Shown in pieces: positions 7,962-16,554 of a DNA stretch of 53,203 nucleotides. Position 1 is the stretch's first letter. Each line of letters opens with the position of its first letter. Below the pieces are notes generated by a model. That model was not told the origin of the DNA. It worked only from the letters and a program-made list of their open reading frames with translations, and made no database searches. A program made the position numbers and the translations under genes. Source of the DNA: a virus (Duplodnaviria > Caudoviricetes); IMG/VR virus record IMGVR_UViG_3300025096_000026, positions 1 to 53,203 of that record. One strand, 5' to 3'.

Positions 7962-9145
7962 AATTTTAATTCCTTCATTGCTCCGAGGTTCTTTCCGGCG
8001 GAGACGTTAACCTTGAACATATCATAACGCGTTTTCTTGAAGGTGTCAAGCAAATTTAAAATTTCATAGCGATCCTCTTCGGCGAGGTCGATATACACAG
8101 CGTCGTGAATAAGAAATGCGATGTTACTTTTTCTCCCCTTCAAAAGCTCGTAGACTTTATAAGCCTGCTCGTGCACCATGTCAATTGTGGTACTTTGAAC
8201 GATGTAATTGAGTGCATGGTGCTCGTCTACGTTCTCTATTATTCTACCATAATCTGTCTTAATTTTATAGCCATCCCAGTACTTATTTCGTACAAAATTC
8301 TTATCATAAAGGCGCTCTAAGTCCTTGTTTTCGTTGCGAGAATACAGCCACGCAAAAGTCTTTGTCTTTGCTTCTTCTCGGGTTAATGACCCTCCAAAAA
8401 CACTCTTCACATTCCAATCATGAATGTCATTTTGGGGCTGCTCTTGGCCAGAAAGGGCCAACAAAGTGCGCAACTCGGCGGCATTAAAATCAAACTCAAG
8501 AAACCAGTCATTTTGAGGCCGGAGACATTGACGAAACTCCCGATTCATCGTCAGAATTGGAAAAGTATTGGGAGCCGTCGCTAGCCGTCCCGTAATGGTC
8601 CCCCAGGGGTTATAATCACACACATGCTTAATGCTCCGCAAAGAGCGATGAAAGTTCTTACCCCGCACAGAACTCAAAAGGTGCTTAATTGGATCAATAG
8701 CCACGTTTAATGGGCGCTCTCGAATGTCAGCCACCATCTCTATTACATGATACATGTGTTCGTAATTCTCAGGACGCTCATAGGTCTCCAACACATGTTG
8801 AGTAATCCTATTTTTAGCATTCAAGTATTCAAAAAGAAAATATTCCGGCAATACATCATAAAAGCAATTAGATTCTAAAGAAAGGCACGATGTCTTGAAA
8901 GCTTTCAGACACGCTCTAAGGGTCTGCTTAATGTCACCCCACTCTTCCACCAACTCAGGCGGACAAACGTCTGTGAGGGTGGCTCCGTGGCTATAAATGC
9001 GTGCTATCTCATAGTGAGGGCCGCGCAAATGAGGTGAATACTCCCATGTGTCTCCCTGAAGGGGCAAATGAGGGGTAGAATGAATTTTGTTTTGGGCGAA
9101 AAACCCTACGCAATCTTTCTTGCGATCAAGAACCTGAAATAGCAA
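7958..9145 (-). CDS. Compact family-A DNA polymerase (polymerase domain)
   Basis: TITGRLAT, motif A EFDFNAAELR, motif B REEAKTKTFAWLY, LNYIVQS and motif C LIHDAV. Confidence 0.85.
   Translation of the reverse strand: MLFQVLDRKKDCVGFFAQNKIHSTPHLPLQGDTWEYSPHLRGPHYEIARIYSHGATLTDVCPPELVEEWGDIKQTLRACLKAFKTSCLSLESNCFYDVLPEYFLFEYLNAKNRITQHVLETYERPENYEHMYHVIEMVADIRERPLNVAIDPIKHLLSSVRGKNFHRSLRSIKHVCDYNPWGTITGRLATAPNTFPILTMNREFRQCLRPQNDWFLEFDFNAAELRTLLALSGQEQPQNDIHDWNVKSVFGGSLTREEAKTKTFAWLYSRNENKDLERLYDKNFVRNKYWDGYKIKTDYGRIIENVDEHHALNYIVQSTTIDMVHEQAYKVYELLKGRKSNIAFLIHDAVYIDLAEEDRYEILNLLDTFKKTRYDMFKVNVSAGKNLGAMKELKL
8021..8049 (-). promoter_or_regulatory. Sigma70-like promoter in the 3' end of the polymerase gene
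   Basis: TTGACA (8049-8044), 17-nt spacer, TATGAT (8026-8021). Confidence 0.55.
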
Positions 9146-9153
9146 TTGTCTTC

Positions 9154-10491
9154 CTAATAAAGTTGCCGCGCAGAAGCACGCTCTACCAGTATTCTACCAC
9201 CTGCGGCACGATTGTCAATAACTTTTGCATTTTTAAATTGTAAGTCGATTGCGCCGTTGCCATAAATGTAGTTCCTAAAGACACCATTAACAAAGTCGGC
9301 AACATTCTGGAGGGCCGTCATGGTTTTCACAGGGTGCACCTGATAAACCTCATAAGCTTGTACTTTGAGGCTGCTAATCTCCTTGGCCGTAAGAGGGCTC
9401 TGGATCTCAATTTGGCGCAAGTCAATGTAGAAATCAATTAAGGATTTGTGAGACAACATGTTGGCCGGCGCGGTGCCGTCTAATACTTGTGCTGGCTTAA
9501 GCATAAGAACCTCCCGTTGGGATGCTACGACGGTGCACTTCTCATCAATCGTCCCCTTTTCCTCATCATAGAAAGGTGCCGCTTTCACAAGCGTAGTGTA
9601 AGAATTAATTAATAAATTAACTAAGTCATCAAAATCCGTTTTATAGGTTCTATCATAAAAAGTATCAAAAAAGTTGTCACGAGAGATGCGGCGGCCGCTG
9701 GGAGTAACGTAATTTCCGAGGGCCACGAATTCGAAAGCCTGTGAAAAAAGATCCGCCGTCAAAACCCACGGGGCGTTCTTGTTCAACACAAACCCAAACT
9801 TTTTAGAGCACTGTCGATAAAACTCAAAATTAGGATCAGTAATAAAATCAGCGTATTTAATAGCATCTAGGCTCGGATCGGCGCCAGCGATCGCAATCGA
9901 GGCGCCAGTCGAGAACAGGCTGCAATGGGAAGTTAATAAATAGTTGGTTTTGGTGATGGGGATGTTGGCCGCGACATCTAGCAAGTAACGTTTGTAAAAT
10001 TTTAAAAATGATTCAAAATCTTTAATTTGTCTCTTTTCGGCGCCTTTTAAATTCCCCTTAAATGTGTTATAAAGGCCTTGTGTATAATTTGCATATTTGG
10101 CATTAGGCGAACGATAGGCACCCACCGCCTTTACATCCAAAAGATGTGGATTGCCAGACTTATTCACAGCACTCATCGCAACACCCTTCTTCATGTGAGT
10201 CGAAAACTTTTCAAATGCCGTCACCACAGCGTTTAAAGCCATTAAATTAGGGCCTTTGGCACTAGGAATGGGCACGAGATTAATCGTCGCCGGAACCACA
10301 GTATTTTGCGACCTGTCTATTCTACCATATAAGAACTTATCATACCATGTATCAAGCGGATCTGGTCGATCGGCAGGATAGATGTGCTCCTTATAAAGGA
10401 GGCGTTGATGAAATGTAGTTCGGGAACCCTTTCCGTTTGATCCCTGAGGATTTAAAAGATCTTCGGCTGTATACTGGTATGGAGTCGGCAT
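9154..10491 (-). CDS. Hypothetical protein (possibly virion-associated)
   Basis: 445-aa ORF at the end of the baseplate operon; no motif recognised. Confidence 0.7.
   Translation of the reverse strand: MPTPYQYTAEDLLNPQGSNGKGSRTTFHQRLLYKEHIYPADRPDPLDTWYDKFLYGRIDRSQNTVVPATINLVPIPSAKGPNLMALNAVVTAFEKFSTHMKKGVAMSAVNKSGNPHLLDVKAVGAYRSPNAKYANYTQGLYNTFKGNLKGAEKRQIKDFESFLKFYKRYLLDVAANIPITKTNYLLTSHCSLFSTGASIAIAGADPSLDAIKYADFITDPNFEFYRQCSKKFGFVLNKNAPWVLTADLFSQAFEFVALGNYVTPSGRRISRDNFFDTFYDRTYKTDFDDLVNLLINSYTTLVKAAPFYDEEKGTIDEKCTVVASQREVLMLKPAQVLDGTAPANMLSHKSLIDFYIDLRQIEIQSPLTAKEISSLKVQAYEVYQVHPVKTMTALQNVADFVNGVFRNYIYGNGAIDLQFKNAKVIDNRAAGGRILVERASARQLY
9191..9218 (-). promoter_or_regulatory. Sigma70-like promoter at the boundary between structural and replication modules
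   Basis: TTGACA (9218-9213), 16-nt spacer ending TGG, TAGAAT (9196-9191), upstream of the polymerase start. Confidence 0.6.
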
Positions 10492-10494
10492 TGT

Positions 10495-13400
10495 CTATCT
10501 CCTGTTCGGGAGCCCTGTGCTGGTGCTTATCACAGTGCCCGCCTCGCCGCCAATACTCGCCCCTTCCTGCGCTAACGCCTGGTTCACGAGGCGCCCTGTG
10601 TCGACTTGCTCGTCGGTCAAAGTGGGGGGCTCCTCTACACCCGCCTCCTGGCGACTAGACTGATCCTCTAGGCCGACGCCGGTGGGAGGCTCTTCTTTAA
10701 CAAACCGGTTTCCGTCGTCTCCCCTTTCAAAGGTAGCGGGGTTGAGCTCTGGGCTAATTTCATAAGCAAGGGCCCCCACCTGAGTGCCCAGCGCAGTGTC
10801 GCCGATGGGTAACTCCTGTTGGAGAGCCGCTACCGTAACATTATAGCCGCTGGGGCCAATAGTATGGGATACGCCTGTGACCAAGAAATAGCCTCCTATG
10901 CCAAGTAAACGAGCAAGTTCGGGGTCGGTCCCCACCGCGCTTGGTTCGATGAATGTATACTGTCCATTTTTAAATAGTGTGTTTCCCACCATTTCCAGTT
11001 GCGCAGAAAATAGTTCTCGAAGCTGTTCGGCGCCGAGGTTGCCATACTTTTGAATTTTGGCCTCTCTCACATAAGGCTGGTCATAACGACTGAAGTTGAC
11101 TCGCTTGAGCAGACCTGCTGGGGCGCCAATGTAATTATGATAAATGCCATCCCGCAAATCGGCACGATATCCATCGCGGCCATGGCGCGCACTCGGTACC
11201 GAATCCGTCGAATATACAACGAGGGCCGATGTTAAATCGTACTTATTTTTATCTTCGGGGCGCATAGACTGAGGCGGTATAGAAGGAATGTCGTTATCGG
11301 GCTTAGTAGCGCCTATGTGCCCCGCAAGCTCATCAACGTCCACAGCGTACTCGGCGTAGCCCGGAAGTGGCCTTACCTTCGGCGCGCCGGAGTCGGAGTC
11401 TTTGTTATTAAAATGAATGATGCTCGTATCAAACCGAATGTCGTTAATAACATTCTCATTAAAGCAAGCGTGCTGCAGGGAATCCGTAATCAACTGGGCG
11501 CAGATATCCTTAATAAAGTGCATCAAATAATACGTGTTGCGCTGCTTCTTAATAACATTGTTTTTAAACCAAATGTTAAATTGATCAACTGAAACAGGAA
11601 TACTCCCGATGTTTATGCGCTTTTTAACAGTTTTTTGACTTATAATAAGACCACGGTTGCGGAGTTGTTGAACCACTTCTGTCACATCTACGCTATTAGC
11701 TCTCACCAGCTCCTCTGGCTTATCCAGCAAATGCAGAAGTAAAGGATTTATAACGTCTATTTGAGCGAGAAAAGTTAAATAGTTTGCCACCGCTCCCTTC
11801 CGGCTGGCTGACCCAATCGTTGCGTTATTCTCAATAATCGTATCGATCAAATCTCCTAAATAAAAATAAGGAATAAAAATGTTAGTATTCGCTCGAACGT
11901 TTTTCTCCCACTGTTCAGCTAATTTTTTCTCCCACTTATCCTTGTCCTCGGTGTCCTTCTCTTCTACAGATCGGATCACCATGTCAAGATCAGTATTGCC
12001 AACGTCCTTGTAATTCAACATCTCCCGGATCATAAAGCCTCGCTGTGTATAGTCAGCCATCATTCGTCGAGCTGCGCGGTCGGCGCGGACTTGGGGGTCA
12101 TCTTCCTCACTCAGAGGCGGCCTGAGCAATTCATTAGGGTCGACCTCAACTACATAAATCTTAGGGGCCACTTTGCAGGGCGCATTTATTCCGAAAGGAT
12201 CGTCGATTGTGGAGGGTCGACCATAAAGGCGTGACAAAAAACTCTTATATTTTTGTGACTTGTTGGCATTAATGATTTTTTTCTTTTCTTCTATCAACTT
12301 TTTAATCGATTTCTTTATCTCCTTAACGGCTGGGTTATCGCTAATATCACTAGCATCTGCTGCAGCTGCCTCCCGGATCGCAGTTTCCCTAATAGAGGTG
12401 ATGGTCGACTCCCGCTTTTTGATGCGACTGTTAAGGGTTTGAAGGCGACTCTTATATTTAACATCGTTGCTCCCAAGTATGTCTAATTTATTAGAAGTAA
12501 GCATTCCAGTGAGTGCGGCCTGATAATCAATAGAAAGAACAATGGAGCCATTTTCATTGAAAGTCAAATTATGTCGGACCTGCTGCAAATAGAGGGTAAT
12601 ACGTGTCGATTCGATGGCGCGCTCCAGCTGGGCCAACAAATTTGGTCTCGGCAGGTTGTTGGGGTTCTCCAGAGTATCCAGAAGAAGCTCTAAATTGGGT
12701 GGAGTGGCCCAGCCTGCCACAACTTTTATACGATAATCAGCGCCCTTGTAGGCCCGCGCCTCGGCAGCTTCAAGAGCTTTCTTCTCGGCATCGCTGAGGT
12801 GACTGTCTCCGTCTTCCAGGGCGTCCTCGTCAGTTTCTTTGCGCAGCTGTGATCGGGAAGAGAGCAACAAGTCTAAGGGATTTAGAAGGGGGCGGCCATA
12901 CTCATCTATTTGCCCCGCAACACGTCCACTAATTTCTGCGCTTGTTTTTTTATGGCGCCATGTGGCTGCGGAGCCTCGAAACAAGTCTTCCATGGTTTGA
13001 AAATAAAAATTCAAAGTAGCCGATATATTATTATCTACTTCGGCAGGCTGAACGCCATCTAACTGCCAGGTTAAAGACTGCAGGCCCCAGCCGCGAGGGC
13101 GACTCGCTGTCCCCAACATGATCGAAGGATCCTGAGGGTCTAGGAAATTAGGAATTGGCATCTCAGTTTGAACCACTGGGCGTAATGAAGAGTCTTCACC
13201 ATCATCTTCTTTTTCGTAATCTACTCGATAAATTTTAACGTAGGGTACGAGCATTCCATACACTGTCGGCGATAAGTTCAGCAATTGTTCAGCTGCATCA
13301 ATTCGGCCGCCGCTTTGCAATTTAGAAATAGTGGTTCCCGGGTCGCCACGCAAACGAATGAGATTATCATAGCCGCCGATTCGATTTTCACTTTCTTTGA

Positions 13401-15255
13401 GGTGACTAATGAGGTCGATGTTTTCCATCAAAAAGCATTGCATGTCAAGAGGCCGCAAGGTTTTATAATTAACTGCCTTTTTCTGGGCTTCCTCGCTGAG
13501 ATTATCAAACCTTTCCTCGGTGTCGCCGAGCACTCCTTCACGGCGCTGTGCTGGGGTTTTGTCTTTAAGCTTGCCGGCGCCAAAAGCATCTAAAATACGC
13601 TCCACGTCGCGCGCTAAGTTCTTCTCCCAACCCTCATCATACAGGGCGCCGCCCTCGTCCTTGAACAACAGATCAACATTGCCCCCCCACCGAAGTTCCA
13701 GGTACCTAAGTATTTGCACATGAAGGCCATGAAGCTCGTTGGTCTTAGCAACAAACCCCTCATACAATTCTCCCCAGGCAGCCTTAACGGCCTCTTTGGC
13801 GGCGTCGTAAGAAGTGTCTCTAAAAGAAGTCCGAAGCGCGTCGATGTCGACACCCTTTTGTCTAGCCGCCTCCCTATCGTCCTCATCCGCCTCAAGACTG
13901 TCCCAGGCGTCGTTATATTTCTTGGCTAAGGCATCCGACACCATGGTATCATACGGAAGAACCGGAAATTGATAAAGACGATGGGGCGTCCCACCACCAG
14001 GAACACCATCGATCTTCCGCAATCCGCTTCCGTCGGGCTGGTCGGTCTCTTTAGGATAGAACCAGTTGTCAGCCAACCAGGGACTGAAGACGCTCTCGCG
14101 CATTTGAAGCAAATTAAAGGGCTTCTGATTCAACAGACCACCTTCACTAAGCAGGGTGGTGGCGGCGTTGCCTATCGCATTGGCAGCGTCGCGCAACGCA
14201 TCCCAGTCAGCGACACCCTGATTTCCCAAAGCAAAAACATAATTTGGGTCTAACAAGTGTCCGCTGCGGCCGCTTCGCACTTCGACGTCATACCCGCGCT
14301 GGCCCACTTTATACTTTTCTCGTCCCATCTTTTGCAAATAGGGATGTTTACCTAGTACAACTGAGCGCTCAAAATCCATGTTGGTTGCAGTAAATAACCC
14401 GCCTACGCCGGAGGCGATGCCTGCTTCTCCGCTTAATTCAAACACACGATTCTCATTCGTGACGGCATTGCGATCGTGAAAGTCGGGATCGGCGCCGAGG
14501 GTGAGCCAGCCTTCCGCCAACCTGCCCAAGTTGGCCAGGGATGAATGGGTACCCTCCGGCATCTGAAGATTTTCAAAGTTATCGGGCACGTAGTCACTGA
14601 CTCCTCTCAGGCCGGTGGTCAATATGGGGTTTTGGATAAATTTCAGGTTCGCCGCGTCCTGGGCTCTATCTCTGTCTCCCTCAGTGGGGGCTCCCGTCCA
14701 GAACCTCTTTCCCCAGCCTTTTTCAAACCATTTTTGTGGATCAACTGTGACGTCAAGCGCGGTCGGGAGCTGGTATTGCATGTTATAACCGGTCAGCATG
14801 CCAAACCGTTTCATTGTTGTTTTTGAGGCTACAAAATTTGTATCCTCAGTAAGAAACTTAATAGCTTCTTCTTTGTTTTCAATCCCAGACGCGCCGCCGG
14901 CGGCGTCGTTAGTATCTGCGGCGAAGCGGGTGCCCCAGTCCTTGGTTGCCTCCTTAATACCATCTTTATATAACTCATCATAATGGTCTTTGAAATGCTC
15001 ATAAGCCTTCTCGAATCTTAGTGTGTCTTCATAAATTTTTAAGGCATGTTCTATGCCCTCGCTTAATTCAGGGGCTACTATCTCGTCTACACCAGCTGCG
15101 CCAGGGTTGATGGCCGGATCGCCGGATTCGGCAGCGAGCCGCTGCACCTCGACTATAAAATCGGCTTCGGAGAGAGCGCCGCTTTCCTGCTGCTGTACAA
15201 TACTGTTGGGGTTTCCAAGCGCTGCGGCTTTAAATTTGGCTTCCTGTAGAGTCAT
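10495..15255 (-). CDS. Large virion protein, probable baseplate hub (gp27/Mu gp44-like C-terminus)
   Basis: 1586 aa. The C-terminal LEMVGNTLFKNGQYTFI...LGIGGYFLVTGVSHTI...YNVTV resembles hub-protein C-termini, and the gene follows the tape measure and LysM genes. Confidence 0.55.
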   Translation of the reverse strand: MTLQEAKFKAAALGNPNSIVQQQESGALSEADFIVEVQRLAAESGDPAINPGAAGVDEIVAPELSEGIEHALKIYEDTLRFEKAYEHFKDHYDELYKDGIKEATKDWGTRFAADTNDAAGGASGIENKEEAIKFLTEDTNFVASKTTMKRFGMLTGYNMQYQLPTALDVTVDPQKWFEKGWGKRFWTGAPTEGDRDRAQDAANLKFIQNPILTTGLRGVSDYVPDNFENLQMPEGTHSSLANLGRLAEGWLTLGADPDFHDRNAVTNENRVFELSGEAGIASGVGGLFTATNMDFERSVVLGKHPYLQKMGREKYKVGQRGYDVEVRSGRSGHLLDPNYVFALGNQGVADWDALRDAANAIGNAATTLLSEGGLLNQKPFNLLQMRESVFSPWLADNWFYPKETDQPDGSGLRKIDGVPGGGTPHRLYQFPVLPYDTMVSDALAKKYNDAWDSLEADEDDREAARQKGVDIDALRTSFRDTSYDAAKEAVKAAWGELYEGFVAKTNELHGLHVQILRYLELRWGGNVDLLFKDEGGALYDEGWEKNLARDVERILDAFGAGKLKDKTPAQRREGVLGDTEERFDNLSEEAQKKAVNYKTLRPLDMQCFLMENIDLISHLKESENRIGGYDNLIRLRGDPGTTISKLQSGGRIDAAEQLLNLSPTVYGMLVPYVKIYRVDYEKEDDGEDSSLRPVVQTEMPIPNFLDPQDPSIMLGTASRPRGWGLQSLTWQLDGVQPAEVDNNISATLNFYFQTMEDLFRGSAATWRHKKTSAEISGRVAGQIDEYGRPLLNPLDLLLSSRSQLRKETDEDALEDGDSHLSDAEKKALEAAEARAYKGADYRIKVVAGWATPPNLELLLDTLENPNNLPRPNLLAQLERAIESTRITLYLQQVRHNLTFNENGSIVLSIDYQAALTGMLTSNKLDILGSNDVKYKSRLQTLNSRIKKRESTITSIRETAIREAAAADASDISDNPAVKEIKKSIKKLIEEKKKIINANKSQKYKSFLSRLYGRPSTIDDPFGINAPCKVAPKIYVVEVDPNELLRPPLSEEDDPQVRADRAARRMMADYTQRGFMIREMLNYKDVGNTDLDMVIRSVEEKDTEDKDKWEKKLAEQWEKNVRANTNIFIPYFYLGDLIDTIIENNATIGSASRKGAVANYLTFLAQIDVINPLLLHLLDKPEELVRANSVDVTEVVQQLRNRGLIISQKTVKKRINIGSIPVSVDQFNIWFKNNVIKKQRNTYYLMHFIKDICAQLITDSLQHACFNENVINDIRFDTSIIHFNNKDSDSGAPKVRPLPGYAEYAVDVDELAGHIGATKPDNDIPSIPPQSMRPEDKNKYDLTSALVVYSTDSVPSARHGRDGYRADLRDGIYHNYIGAPAGLLKRVNFSRYDQPYVREAKIQKYGNLGAEQLRELFSAQLEMVGNTLFKNGQYTFIEPSAVGTDPELARLLGIGGYFLVTGVSHTIGPSGYNVTVAALQQELPIGDTALGTQVGALAYEISPELNPATFERGDDGNRFVKEEPPTGVGLEDQSSRQEAGVEEPPTLTDEQVDTGRLVNQALAQEGASIGGEAGTVISTSTGLPNRR

Positions 15256-15259
15256 AGTT

Positions 15260-15598
15260 CTAGGTCTTTAACGTTCTTAGCACCCTATCAAGCGGAAGAG
15301 GTATCACAACCACATCTCCAATTGCCACCGATGCTTCAGTTGGCACTTGATTATAGAGCGCAATCACCCACCAATACTGAGCATTATTATAATACTTTAT
15401 GGCCAGTTTATAAAATTTATCTCCCACACTCCAAACGTGACGAATACGTGTGAGACCTGCGCGCTCGCGGGCGCTAGGAGTCATTAAAATAGGGGTGCCG
15501 TATTGACGAATGTAGGGGACGTCTCGATTTTCAAAAATCTCCTCGTAGATTTCGTTGGTATTCTTAAAAATTGTTTTATTACTATAGCGATTTCCCAT
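15260..15598 (-). CDS. LysM-like baseplate wedge protein (gp53 / tail X-like)
   Basis: HVWSVGDKFYKLAIKYYNNAQYWWVIALYN...GDVVVIP pattern. Confidence 0.75.
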   Translation of the reverse strand: MGNRYSNKTIFKNTNEIYEEIFENRDVPYIRQYGTPILMTPSARERAGLTRIRHVWSVGDKFYKLAIKYYNNAQYWWVIALYNQVPTEASVAIGDVVVIPLPLDRVLRTLKT

Positions 15599-15619
15599 TA
15601 TTTAATTCCTCTTTGCCCC

Positions 15620-16552
15620 TCACTCCCCGCAGGACCATGCGGGATTATTGGTCATCTCCATCTCGTTAGCACACCGTTCCGCCTCAGATCTCTGCAAGTT
15701 CTCTCTTGCGTCTATTTCGTCCTGCTCAATCTCGTCCTCAAATGAAGAATCTTCTCTCCTAGCGCGCCGTTCTTCGTCGTATTTAGCGCGGCTCTGGATC
15801 ACATCCTCAGGAACCGGGTTTACAAAAACATTAGGATAGCGAGCATCGATGAGCTTATCTCCGGAGAAAAGATAAGAGGTGGTCTTCGTAGGATCCGAAC
15901 CGGGGGCCGGAGCCCATCCCGGCAGATGAGTATGCAACACACTAAAAGAAAAGCCTAAGGAATAGGTCTTCGGATAATAATTCCGAACAGCTATCTGATC
16001 AGAATCAGTTGACTTCTCTCCATGCTCAATGATGCCGCCCGCAATGAAGCCACCATCGCCCACCTCTGGAGCATAAGTAACACCGCCATTTATGTACCCA
16101 ACAAGTTTCCCTTCAGGAAAAGAAGGATCAGCGTTAGAAGCCAAATTTGTCCATTTCATCGTTAAAAGAGGGGGCGCCTTTAAGGTATTTTGAATACTGC
16201 GTCCTCCCTGCTCAAACACGGGATACATAAACTTTATAAGACGTCGTAAATTTCCCATGTTATATGCGGCATGAGTTTTAGAATCATTCGGCACAGCGAA
16301 CTCTACACTTATAACTCGACGCGTCCCTTCAAACGTCGCCAAAGGATCCATTCTACCATACACGTTTTCTTCTGCCCACGTAGATGTGTAAGCATCACTA
16401 AAAGATGTAACCCATCCCTCAAATGTCACCTCTTTGTTGGTGGGGATATGGCCGATCACAATTGAGAAAAACTTCTTAGTGCGCCATTCGTCAGGTCGCT
16501 GAAGAGCCCAGTCGATCGCCGGAATATTGGGATTCTTAACTGTGATAGCCAT
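15620..16552 (-). CDS. Baseplate tail-tube initiator-like protein (gp48/gp54 or CIS tube-like)
   Basis: SFSDAYTSTW..YGRMDP...RVISVEF...APPL pattern; directly downstream of the tape measure gene. Confidence 0.6.
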   Translation of the reverse strand: MAITVKNPNIPAIDWALQRPDEWRTKKFFSIVIGHIPTNKEVTFEGWVTSFSDAYTSTWAEENVYGRMDPLATFEGTRRVISVEFAVPNDSKTHAAYNMGNLRRLIKFMYPVFEQGGRSIQNTLKAPPLLTMKWTNLASNADPSFPEGKLVGYINGGVTYAPEVGDGGFIAGGIIEHGEKSTDSDQIAVRNYYPKTYSLGFSFSVLHTHLPGWAPAPGSDPTKTTSYLFSGDKLIDARYPNVFVNPVPEDVIQSRAKYDEERRARREDSSFEDEIEQDEIDARENLQRSEAERCANEMEMTNNPAWSCGE

Positions 16553-16554
16553 TT

